Assembly: GCA_950097015.1 (NCBI GenBank)
Contig: CATNEN010000024.1
Span: 5,394,001-5,458,000 of the forward strand
Direction of reading: 5' to 3'
DNA: 64,000 nucleotides
DNA from: Macrostomum hystrix
Taxonomy: Eukaryota; Animalia; Platyhelminthes
Part shown: positions 48,627 through 59,898 of the stretch, in pieces
Layout of the letters: every line of letters starts with the position of its first letter
Position numbering within the stretch: position 1 is the first letter of the stretch
The notes under the pieces: model-generated
The model's database searches: none
What the model was told of the DNA's origin: nothing
The model's input: the letters and a program-made list of their open reading frames with translations, nothing else
Program-made: the position numbers and the translations under genes

Positions 48627-51221
48627 CCGGCTCGCGGCAAGAGAGCTATCGATGACAGCCGTAGCGGCAGCGGCGATTGCGACGCCAAACGCCGTAAGCC
48701 AACAAGAACATTGTCGATTTCGCATGTTCCTACCCCGTACGGCGACAAGACATTGTTCTCCGGCTTGCTATTCGCTCTCTCTAAGCACGAGCCAGGTCGC
48801 GCCGCCCTTGCCGACTGCATTCGCCGAAACGGTGGCCAAGTTTTAAATAGAATTCAAGCAGTATCGGCTGACTATTTTGTACAGAGTTACAACTGCGAAT
48901 TCGATGACGCATTCGGTGAGGAAAGTGTCGGCGCCCACTCTGGCAACACCGTGCCAGCCTGCTACGTCACGGACTGCGCCGCTAGGGGCTCTCTGCTTGA
49001 TGTGCGAATGCATGCGCTTGGCTGGTCTGATGCCCGCGCTGGCGGGGATCAGAGGTGAGATCCACCTATACTGACAGTTCTTTTATGGTAAAGCAGAGAA
49101 GCGAAAAGCGACCAAGCTCTTACATCAAAGGTACCGAGTTCGAATCCTCAGTTGAACGGCAGCATTCTTTAGTCTAAATTTGCTCCTTACAAAGTAAAGC
49201 ACCAAGGCGCGATTGAAATCCTTGCTATAGTCAGAGATTCGCTGATATTAGACCGATATGGCAAAAGCCGTGGTCGTTTCGGGGTGTCTAATGGCAAAAA
49301 CCACGAAAATGGACACAATTTTTCTCCTCACAAAATTTCATCATGCAATCATATTAGCTATTTTTGGTGATAATATAAAAAAATTTAGTCTTTAGTCTTT
49401 CACGAATCTCATGCTTGCGAAATCTCGGCCTTGTACTAGCAGGACTTGAGCAGGCTCAGTTAAAAGCAGACAATATCCGTTGAAAGGCAGCTTAATCACT
49501 GGGTCTCGTCATTTCTACTGCCAGTTTATGAAGCAACAATACTCCTGATTATTGCTGGAGCATGAGAGTTTGAGAAGTTAATAAAAAGACAGGAACATTC
49601 TGTTAGCTGTAAATTATACTGTTATATCCTCTTGTTTCCTATTAAAAGAGTGAGAATGTATGAGAATGAGAATAAAATGTCTAGTCCTTGACATCGTTGC
49701 AGCAACTTTTCAGTTCTATTGGTCCTCAGGTTGACACAAGCCACATTTTTATTTTAGTTCGCGTGGTTAATTGTGCTTTGGTGTAAAAGCAAATCAGTAA
49801 ATTCTTTAACTGGCTTTCCTTACAACAAAAATTGGTCCCACCAGTGCCAGTCCTGACTTCGCAGACGACTCAGGTCTGGCCAGCACCTTGGCCTGCCTGC
49901 TGCCGGCTTGGCCGAGTCCCCTGCCCCAACTGCTAGAATCGCAGTGCCAGCCGCAGTGCTACGCCGAATTTCTCGCCTACCCGGATCGTTTAAGGCGAGG
50001 CGAATCGCCTCCTAATCTACGCCTGGTTCGCATTCGCCGATCTTGTATTAAAATTAAGGACAAGCCTAACTCAACTATTGATAAACGAGTTGAAGAAGAT
50101 TTGTGTGAGTTTCTGGAAGCCTCCACCGGCTGCGCCGTGACTTCAACTGAGTCGACCAATGAGCTAACTTGGCGCCCAGTTGGGTCGTCTCAGGGTCGCC
50201 TGCGCATCGGCCGCTACGACTATGATATTGGCCTGCGTAGGCGTGCTGGCCAGTATCAGCTGGAGGTTAGTGGTGCCACTTTAGAGTAATTCTAAAAACA
50301 CAGGATATATATGCACATCTTCAACAGTAGAAAGACCGGGGGGCATTTCAAATACCCTCTTTTATTTTTTTCTGTATCTTTATCGCCAAGAAAATCCGGA
50401 ACACGAACTAAAATTTTCCGCTCTATCCGATGAAACAACTTCCAGAATCACAAAACATCAACATCGTCGAGATATTCAACGATTCTCGTCGGGGTATCTG
50501 GTGGCAAAAACCACAAAATAGGCAAAAAATAATTCGTCACAAAATTTTATCTTTCACCGAAATCGGTCATTCGGTTTGGGAGCAATCAGGCAGTGGGTAT
50601 TTGAAATACACCACTGGTCTTTCTTACCCAGGGGGATATAGCGTGGTCTATCGTGGTCGCGATAGCCCTCCTAACCTGCAAGTTTGTTATGCCACCCTGC
50701 AGGCCATGGATCTCATAGCGGCCCTGACAGATTCTGTGCACAATCCGGCTACGGAATCAGCCACTCTTGCTCTCCTCACCGATTGTCACCTGTACGAGCG
50801 GGGCGTCGCTGAGCCAATCTACGGTAGAGGCACCGGCGATCGTTGCTGCGTAGTTTCTACCATAGAGAGCGGCGGCAGCGGGCGCCAGGTGTCCACGCAT
50901 CATCTGTTAGGCACATCGCTGCACGAACTATTGCACTGCTTCGGCTTGGATCACTGTCCCTATGCTAATTGTGTGCTGAATGCCTACTGCGATGACAGCG
51001 TGAAGTCGGGCAGTGCCGAAGCCAATCTGCCTTCGCTGTTAATCTGTCCAATAGATCTGCGAAAGCTATTCTCGGTAGTATGTTGCGCGCATTCAATATC
51101 AGACTCAAATAGCTTAGCTGGCTATTTTCAAAGACTGGCTAACCTACTGAAACGACTGGGATTACCGGACAATGCGCGACTGGCTGACAAAATGCGTCAA
51201 CGGACTGCCGCTCTGATCTAG
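48627..51221 (+). CDS. BRCT-domain + archaemetzincin (M54) zinc metalloprotease; join(<48627..49054,49845..50265,50703..51221); no in-frame ATG at the 5' acceptor
   Basis: BRCT-like LFSGLLF..LADCIRRNGGQV..CYVTDCAARGSLLD; AMZ N-motif WPSPLPQLLESQCQPQCYAEF; QLE|AMDLIAAL restored across the intron; zinc motif HELLHCFGLDHC-x4-C and ICPIDLRKL. Introns are GT-AG, phases 2 and 0. Confidence 0.8.
50329..50624. mobile_element. ~296-bp MITE in intron 2 of the BRCT-protease gene; related internal sequence at ~28105..28250 and ~49255..49345
   Basis: Imperfect ~30-bp TIRs AGAAAGACC..CATTTCAAATACCC / GGGTATTTGAAATAC..GGTCTTTCT. The internal AATTTTCCGCTCTATCCG..AACTTCCAGAAT segment recurs at ~28110. Confidence 0.7.
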
Positions 51222-51339
51222 TAGCTTTACTAGATTTCATAGAAAATGATTCAGTTTTTTATCAGCAGAAACTTATTTTTGAAATGTTTATCAAGTGCCT
51301 CTTTTTATGTTCTATTATTATGACTGACAGAATGTTTTT

Positions 51340-51350
51340 AATAAAATAAA
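51340..51350 (+). terminator. Probable polyadenylation signal of the BRCT-protease gene
   Basis: Overlapping AATAAA hexamers ~120 bp after the stop codon, followed by T-rich sequence. Confidence 0.6.
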
Positions 51351-51572
51351 ATAAAATATTATTTTTTTATACAAAAGTAACGGCTTTTTATAGTTTTATT
51401 ATTTATTCTTTGGTTAAGACTTAGTAGAGAAATACCTAAGAACAAAGTATTAATATGATACTAAGTGCCATATTAGTACATGCTTTATTGCTACATTTAA
51501 CCTAATTCATGCTCATAGTTCCAGTGTTAATCTACTGCTGCTTGCATAGTGCTTAAGCTAAAGGTCTAGTCC

Positions 51573-54500
51573 ATGCTGTCCCTGTCAGCTATGAATAGCA
51601 ATCAGCCCGTAGCCGCGCCGTCGCCCGCCTACTCGGCGACTAGTAGTGCAGCTGCAGCTCTGGCTATTCAGCATCCTCAATCGCCGGCCTCCGTTGGCGG
51701 CGCCTCCTCTGTGACGTCCTCCGACGCCTGTCTGTCCATTGTGCACTCGCTGATGTGTCACAGGCAGGGCGGCGAGTCCGAGGGCTTCAGCAAGAAGGCC
51801 ATCGAGTCGCTGGTGAAGAAACTGAAGGACAAGCGCGACGAATTGGACGCGTTGATTCAGGCTGTGACCAGCAACGGCAACCAGCCGACCAAGTGCGTCA
51901 CCATACCTAGGACTCTGGATGGCAGGCTGCAGGTCAGCTTTCAGTCCTTGCTTATCATTCTCATCTATCATTACTGCTTTGTTTACTCCTTGGAAACAGC
52001 TTGTCCGAACATCCTAGTCTTCGGACTGGTTTTTAGCACCTGGCAGCTCAGCCTGTTTAGCAGCTGACATGCCAGTCTGTTTATCACCTGACATCCCAGT
52101 CTGTTTAGCACCTGACATCCGAATCTGTTTAGCACCTGACATCCCAATCTGTTTAGCACCTGACATCCCAATCTGTTTAACACCTGACATCCCAGTTTGT
52201 TTAGCACCTGACAACCCAATCTGTTTAGCACCTGACAACCCAATCTGTTTAGCACCTGGCATCCCAGTCTGTTTAGCACCTGACATCCCAATCTGTTTAG
52301 CACCTGACATCCCAGTCTGTTTAACACCTGACATCCCAGTCTGTTTAGCACCTGACATCCCAGTCTGTTTAGCACCTGACATCCCAGTCTGTTTAGCACC
52401 TGGCAGCTCAGTCTGTTTATCACCTGACATCCCAGTCTGTTTAACACCTGACATCCCAGTCTGTTTAGCACTTGACATCCCAATCTGTTTAACACCTGAC
52501 ATCCCAGTCTGTTTAGCACCTGACATCCCAGTCTGTTTAGCACCTGACATCCCAATCTGTTTAGCACCTGACATCCGAATCTGTTTAGCACCTGACATCC
52601 GAATCTGTTTAGCACCTGACATCCCAATCTGTTTAGCACCTGACATCCCAGTCTGTTTAGCACCTGACATCCCAGTCTGTTTAGCACCTGACATCCGAAT
52701 CTGTTTAGCACCTGACATCCCAATCTGTTTAGCACCTGACATCCCAGTCTGTTTAACACCTGACATCCCAGTCTGTTTAGCACCTGACAACCCAATCTGT
52801 TTAGCACCTGGCATCCCAGTCTGTTTAGCACCTGACATCCCAGTCTGTTTAGCACCTGACATCCCAGTCTGTTTAACACCTGACATCCCAGTCTGTTTAG
52901 CACTTGACATCCCAATCTGTTTAACACCTGACATCCCAGTCTGTTTAGCACCTGACATCCCAGTCTGTTTAGCACCTGACATCCCAATCTGTTTAGCACC
53001 TGACATCCCAATCTGTTTAGCACCTGACATCCCAATCTGTTAACACCTTGAAAAAAGACCGTCTTTTTATTACCTGAAATCCGTCTTACTAAACCGCAAA
53101 CAGGTGGCCGGCCGCAAAGGCTTTCCGCACGTGGTCTACGCCAAAATCTGGCGCTGGCCAGATCTGCACAAGAACGAGTTGAAGCACACCCGCCAGTGCC
53201 AGTACGCCTTCGAGTTGAAGCAGGACGCAGTGTGCGTCAATCCCTACCACTACGAGCGGGTGGTCAGCCCCGGGCTGGAGTTCTCTTCGCTCAGCTTGGG
53301 CGATGACGACGACGCGGCCTCTCAGTCTGGCTTCGCTTCGCCTATGCTCCAGCAGCAGCAGCAGCAGCATCACATTCAGCAGCAGCCCCCGGCCCAGCCG
53401 CTTCCTCACCAGCTGCATCAACAGCAGCAGCAGCAGCAGCAGCAGTCAATGCTACAACAGCCTCAGCATCACATGCATCATCATCACGGCAACAATCAGC
53501 AGCATCACGGCAGCTGGGTTGCTCAGCCAATGCCGCCGCCCCAGCTTCATCAGCATCATCCGCATCAGCAACAGCAAGCACAGCAGCAGCATCCTCAGCT
53601 GCCACCGCTGTCAGTGGCCACTCCCTGGGCCGGGACAGGCGCCCTTGACCGCGGCAGCGTCTCCTGCCAGCAGCCGCTGACCCGGCAGCCGCACCCGGTC
53701 CACTGGTGCACCATCACTTATTATGAGCAGGCTGAGCAGGTTGGGGAAATGTTTAAAGTGCCCTACCAGCAGGCCAAGGTAATCATTGACGGCTACACCG
53801 ACCCGTCGTCCAGCCACCGCTTCTGCCTCGGCCAGCTGAGCAACGTGCACCGGAGCGAAGTGTCCGAGCGGGCTCGGCTGCACATCGGCAAAGGCGTCAA
53901 GCTCACGATGCGCGACGAAGGCAACGTCTGGCTGGAGGTCCTGTCCGACTATTCCGTCTTTGTTGGCACCTTCTACCTGGACAGAGAGGCCGGCCGTCCG
54001 CCTGGCGATGTTGTGCACAAGATCTATCCTGGCACCCACATCAAGGTGAGACTGCATTGTGCGAACCCTTCTCTTACCAGCGAATGGTGTACTTGCTCAC
54101 TGTCTGCTGATCACCATTCACCATTCACGCCACTTTCTATTCACTTGCCAGTCACTCTCACCGCACCATTCACTCGCCAGTCACTCTCACCGCATTCATC
54201 ACTCGCCAGTCACTCTCACCGCACTATTCACTCGCCAGTCACTCTCACCGCACTATTCACTCGCCAGTCACTCCCACCGCACTATTCACTCGCCAGTCAC
54301 TCCCACCGCACTATTCACTCGCCAGTCACTCTCACCGCACTATTCACTCGCCAGTCACTCCTACCGCACTATTCACTCGCCAGTCACTCTCACCGCACTA
54401 TTCACTCGCCAGTCACTCCCACCGCACTATTCACTCGCCAGTCACTCCCACCGCATTCATCACTCACCAGTCACTCTCACCGCACTATTCACTCGCCAGT

Positions 54501-56652
54501 CACTCTCACCGCACTATTCACTCGCCAGTCACTCCCACCGCACTATTCACTCGCCAGTCACTCTCACCGCACTATTCACTCGCCAGTCACTCCCACCGCA
54601 CTATTCACTCGCCAGTCACTCTCACCGCACTATTCACTCGCCAGTCACTCCCACCGCACTATTCACTCGCCAGTCACTCTCACCGCACTATTCACTCGCC
54701 AGTCACTCTCACCGCACTATTCACTCGCCAGTCACTCTCACCGCACTATTCACTCGCCAGTCACTCTCACCGCACTATTCACTCGCCAGTCACTCTCACC
54801 GCACTATTCACTCGCCAGTCACTCTCACCGCACTATTCACTCGCCAGTCACTCTCACCGCACCATTCACTCGCCAGTCACTCACCGCACTATTCACTCGC
54901 CAGTCACTCTCACCGCATTCATCACTCACCAGTCACTCTCACCGCACTATTCACTCGCCAGTCACTCCCACCGCATTCATCACTCGCCAGTCACTCTCAC
55001 CGCACTATTCACTCGCCAGTCACTCTCACCGCACTATTCACTCGCCAGTCACTCTCACCGCACTATTCACTCGCCAGTCACTCTCACCGCACCATTCACT
55101 CGCCAGTCACTCACCGCACTATTCACTCGCCAGTCACTCTCACCGCACTAATCACTCGCCAGTCACTCTCAACGCACTAATCACTCGCCAGTCACTCTCA
55201 ACGCACTAATCACTCGCCAGTCACTCTCGATCATACTTGCTAGTCACTCATTCTGGCACTCATTACTAAAGTCTTAGTCTGCTCCTGTTTTCTCCGGAAT
55301 TTCTATTCCTCTGGTCTGTTCGATGTGAATGCTGGTTTAGTCACAATAGTTTCTATTCAAAGTAAGTTTTCCGAACTAGGTCTAGGCTGGCAATTCAAAG
55401 TTTGCCTTAATAGTTAAGAAAACAACAGAAACATTTACCTATGAAGAAATCCAACTCTCTGGTCTCATCAGAACAGTCCCATTGTCTCTCTCCGGTGTGT
55501 GGCTATAGAGGAAAGCCCCTTTGGTTCCTTTGTCACGCCTTCCGGATGTGCGGTCCCTTCCTGTGTAGAACTGGTGGTGATAGACAATGTGCCTCAGCCT
55601 CTGGGCGAAAATATTTACCGGCTGGTGACAACTTTGCCTTCAGAGCGTGGCTTTGACATTGATGTCTATCCCAGCTTCATCAACCTTTAAATATACTAGC
55701 TATCTGAATTCGCTTTCCAGTTCATATTTCTAGCTATAAATAAAAGTGCTCGTTAACGTGAATTATTTTGCGAATTAGTTTTTATCGTTCTCAGTCCTAA
55801 CACTTCTAAGTCGATGCTATTTTCTAAAGCTTAAAATTCCTAAGAGAGCTTGTAGTAACCCTGTATTTTTGAGCTTACGATTTTTTTACTGAGAGTTCCT
55901 CAGAGACTATTTGCATCTTTGAGCAAGGCTTTGTGTCTTTTCTCCACAGTCTACGGACTGAACAGCTGTACACAGCCTTTAGAAGCGCCAAGTGTCTAAG
56001 TGTCATTTCCATCTATTTTCTATCCGGTTCCAGATGCTATCTTAAAAAGTTCCTAATGCTAGTACTTGTGCCATAGACTAAATATGTTTACTTAACTGCA
56101 CGTCACTTGCAGTGACAGTTCAGGTAACGCTCTGTACTTTAATAGACAAAGTAGAACTTGAGTTTGCTAAGGAAATAATGCGATTCTTTCACCCAGGTGT
56201 TCGACATTCTGCAGTGCCATCGGGACATGCGCGCCCAGGCTATTCAGGCGCAGCACACGGCCACCGCCACCGCCGCCGTTGTGGCCGGAGGTCCCGCCCC
56301 GGCGGCCGCCATCCCGTCGGCTAATCCCATCGCCCTGCAGGCCGGCGCAGGCATCGGTGTCGACGAGCTTCGCCGCCTCTGTGTTCTTAGAATGAGCTTC
56401 GTCAAGGGCTGGGGCCCGGACTATCCGCGCAAGACCATCAAGGAGACGCCCTGCTGGGTTGAGGTCCAGCTTCACAGGCCTCTGCAACTGCTGGACGAGG
56501 TGCTGCAGAGCTTGCCGCTCAACGATTTGAAGCCGACTCGGCACTTCCTGCAGCAGGGTGGCGCCGGCGCCGCGTCCGCCAGTCCCAAACTGCCCAGCCA
56601 GCAGCAGCAGCCGCCTCCACCGCCTCAACCTGGCCTGCACCAGCAGCACTGA
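51573..56652 (+). CDS. SMAD4: SMAD4 (Co-Smad/Medea); join(51573..51932,53104..54045,56197..56652), ~585 aa
   Basis: MH1 [46 protein letters not shown]|[10 protein letters not shown]; MH2 [50 protein letters not shown]. No C-terminal SSxS. Both introns phase 0. Confidence 0.97.
52025..53042. repeat. 24-bp minisatellite (CCCAGTCTGTTTAGCACCTGACAT), ~42 copies, SMAD4 intron 1
   Basis: Directly visible. Confidence 0.97.
54140..55240. repeat. 29-bp minisatellite (ACTCGCCAGTCACTCTCACCGCACTATTC), ~38 copies, SMAD4 intron 2
   Basis: Directly visible. Confidence 0.97.
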
Positions 56653-57624
56653 ATCAATGGTGTGTTTAAGGACTCCATCATGCATAGAATGGTATGGCAC
56701 TTTACTATGAAAATCTGCACAATCTGTACACCCAGCAGTAACATGGTCCCACAGTCCGTGGACACTCTGAGCAGTTGAGCAAAATTCAATGGCTGCCCCA
56801 TGTGGCCCAATTATGTATGAGCTTAGGCATCATTTGGTTTTCTATGTTATAGTTAAGAGCATATTATAGCTAAATCACTGAGTCGGGTCCTTCCACATGA
56901 GTAGTGATAGCTTAAACAATAGAGCATGTGCTGGCACTGCATAGTATGTAGCCTTCTTCTTTGAGAGAAATAGCTTTACTTCATTGCTGTCTGCTGTTGA
57001 TTCTTCTTCTCTTTGAATTCTTTAAGATTTCTGTTTCCAGAGTTGAAAACTTGAGTTGCCGCTTGTTATAATCGTGTGCTGTACCATTTTACCAAGCCTA
57101 TATTCGTTGTTATTGAAAAAGTGTAGCATTTTTACTGCTTTAAAATTTGTAATGTTAATTAGTTTTTTCTCTTTTACTACACGCTTTACAATTTTGCAGG
57201 GGCTATGCTTGTTAAAACCTGTACACACTCGATGACACACGCATCCACTGGCTGACTGTCCCTCGCTCCTGACCAGTTTTATTGTTTTATATTTTGCTAT
57301 ATTGCTAGCAAGTACATTGCTGCACACATTTTTGTACAGAGCGCTTAGCCTGTTTCTTAGAATTTTATGCGATCTTGTTATTAGCTAAACTTTAGATAAT
57401 CTTTTTTATTTTGTTTTTTTCACGACATCCGCATTGAATGAGTTTCTCATTCTCTCTATTCTTATCCCTTTATGAACTCATGCTGCTCGTTTATCTAACA
57501 CAATATCCTTGTCCGTATCCCCACCTAGGAAACAATTATGAGCAGTCGGACTTTCTCAGGACTTCAGTGTCTGCTTTTCTGGGCTTCTGTTCTCACTTTT
57601 AACCTGCCTTTTATGATCACATCG

Positions 57625-58470
57625 CTACTGCCTCCCCTGTCTACTGCCTTCCCGGTCTCCGAGTCTACTGCCTCCCTGTCTCCGTATCTAGTGCCTCCCC
57701 TGTCTCCGTGTCTACTGCCTCCCTGTCTCCGTGTCTACTGCCTCCCTGTCTCCGTGTCTACTGCCTCCCCAGTCTACTGCCTCCCCTGTCTACTGCCTCC
57801 CCTGTCTCCGTGTCTACTGCCTCCCTGTCTCCGTGTCTACTGCCTCCCCAGTCTACTGCCTCCCCTGTCTACTGCCTCCCCAGTCTACTGCCTCCCCGTC
57901 TCCCTGTCTACTGCCTCCCCTGTCTCCCTGTCTACTGCCTCCCCTGTCTCCCTGTCTACTGCCTCCCCTGTCTCCGTGCCTACTGCCTCCCCAGTCTACT
58001 GCCTCCCCTGTCTCCCTGTCTACTGCCTCCACAGTCTACTGCCTCCCCAGTCTACTGCCTCCCTGTCTTCCAGTCTTCTGCCTCCCTGTCTTCCTGTCTA
58101 CTGCTTCCCCTGTCACCCTGTCTACTCCCTCCCCTGTCTATTGCCTTCCCGGTCTCCGAGTCTACTGCCTCCCTGTCTCCGAGTATACTGCCTCCCGGTC
58201 TCTGAGTCTACTGCCTCCCTGTCTCCGTGTCTACTGCCTCCCTGTCTCCGTGTCTACTGCCTCCCTGTCTCCGTGTCTACTGCCTCCCCAGTCTACTGCC
58301 TCCCCTGTCTACTGCCTCCCCTGTCTACTGCCTCCCCTGTCTCCCTGTCTACTGCCTCCCCGTCTCCCTGTCTACTGCCTCCCCTGTCTCCCTGTCTATT
58401 GCCTCCCTGTCTCCGTGCCTACTGCCTCCCCAGTCTACTGCCTCCTTGTCTCCGTGTCCACTGCCTCCCC
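57625..58470. repeat. ~24-bp C/T-rich minisatellite (GTCTACTGCCTCCCCTGTCTCCGT family), heterogeneous
   Basis: Directly visible; same family as 59899..60772. Confidence 0.93.
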
Positions 58471-58510
58471 TATCCCCCTGTGTCCTTCCCTTCTCTCGCA
58501 GCTCCCACTT

Positions 58511-58873
58511 ATAATAATAATAATAATTGCTAGAGGGCTGCGGGCAGTGGCACATAATTTAGTGACACTAGACCCGCAGCCAGCGAGGGGGCAATTCTGC
58601 CCATTTCGCTGACTCCTGAGCACACACGCACACAGATACTGTACGCAGGCACACGCTCAGGTGTGTACATCTGCCCTGACTTTCTCATCGTCAGGCAGTG
58701 TAGATTTCATTGTGCCTTGGAGGTTGGCCCACAACGGCGTAAATTGCACGACAAGCCCCCAAGCATTCTCTCCGCGGCTGCGCCCCAAATAAATGTGGCC
58801 TCGCCGTGGAATCGAACTTAGGGACCCTGGTGCGAGAGGCAAACGCGATAACCGCTCTGCCACCGACCCCCCA
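58511..58873 (-). mobile_element. SINE family A, full length, with 14-bp TSD (1 mismatch)
   Basis: (ATT)n tail and tRNA-like head. CGCAGCTCCCACTT at 58497..58510 and CGCAGCTCCCCCTT at 58874..58887. Confidence 0.92.
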
Positions 58874-59167
58874 CGCAGCTCCCCCTTTCTCCGAAGCCTT
58901 CCTAAATTCTATTGCGAGTGTATCCTCCTAAATTTGTCATTGAATGTTGTACCAGTTTAAGCTGCTAAACCCCCTCCTGTGCCTATTTGTAATCAATTAG
59001 CAAGTGTAAATACTGGCTGTTTCCTCCTCTGTCTGACATCCTCGCAATGGTCTAGTTCAAAGCGCTGCAATGCTCTGCTCCGACTGCATAGCCTTGTATT
59101 ATCTCTCCCCCCTCCATCTGCATGCTGTGCGAGGGTAAGTTTGACTTGCGAAATGTCTGCCTTTTGT

Positions 59168-59793
59168 TTCTACACACACTATTTATCTGTTCTATTGATG
59201 CGCTCTTATCAACTTCTTTTCTATTTGCTTTAAGCCAAAACGTGTTTCAATGGTTTCTAGTGTCCATTGGTTCTGTTTAAATACAGTTAAGACTTCCTAT
59301 GGCGACTGTCTGCGACTACAACCGCTAATTATGCGGCCCAGGTGTGAGTCGGGGGCCAAGTTAACTGTCACTAGTTAGCTTAACGGTATGGTTAAACTAT
59401 CTGCCATTGCGACTTCCGGCTATGAAATTCATTTCTACGAGCATAAAGTTATGATCAGCTTTTCCTGATCATAGTAGTAATTCTACACACACTATTTATC
59501 TGTTCTATTGATGCGCTCTTATCAACTTCTTTTCTATTTGCTTTAAGCCAAAACGTGTTTCAATGGTTTCTAGTGTCCATTGGTTCTGTTTAAATACAGT
59601 TAAGACTTCCTATGGCGACTGTCTGCGACTACAACCGCTAATTATGCGGCCCAGGTGTGAGTCGGGGGCCAAGTTAACTGTCACTAGTTAGCTTAACGGT
59701 ATGGTTAAACTATCTGCCATTGCGACTTCCGGCTATGAAATTCATTTCTACGAGCATAAAGTTATGATCAGCTTTTCCTGATCATAGTAGTAA
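59168..59793. repeat. Apparently exact 313-bp tandem duplication
   Basis: 59168..59480 is repeated at 59481..59793 with no difference found by eye. Confidence 0.93.
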
Positions 59794-59898
59794 TAGAATT
59801 AGTAGTGTTGAAAACTCCATCTGTTTCTAATTTAAAGAAATTATTTCTTTAATTCTTTCCAATAAATTAACGATATTACAATGTAAAAAAAGAAAAAC

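Noticed and set aside
50430-50702. N-terminal 91 aa of ORF 50430..51221
   Set aside because: Mostly MITE-derived intron sequence; branch point CTAAC (50671) and CAG| (50702) define the real exon, which restores QLE-AMDL.
51983-55209. Long repetitive ORFs in SMAD4 introns and the apparent 701-aa Smad ORF
   Set aside because: Minisatellite read-through; the MH2 domain is completed only by splicing 54045 to 56197.
58950-59470. Possible LINE reverse-transcriptase relic on the minus strand (AMADSLTI; RFGLKQIEKK)
   Set aside because: Only faint resemblance to YADD and GLxINxxK motifs amid many stops; insufficient without a profile search.
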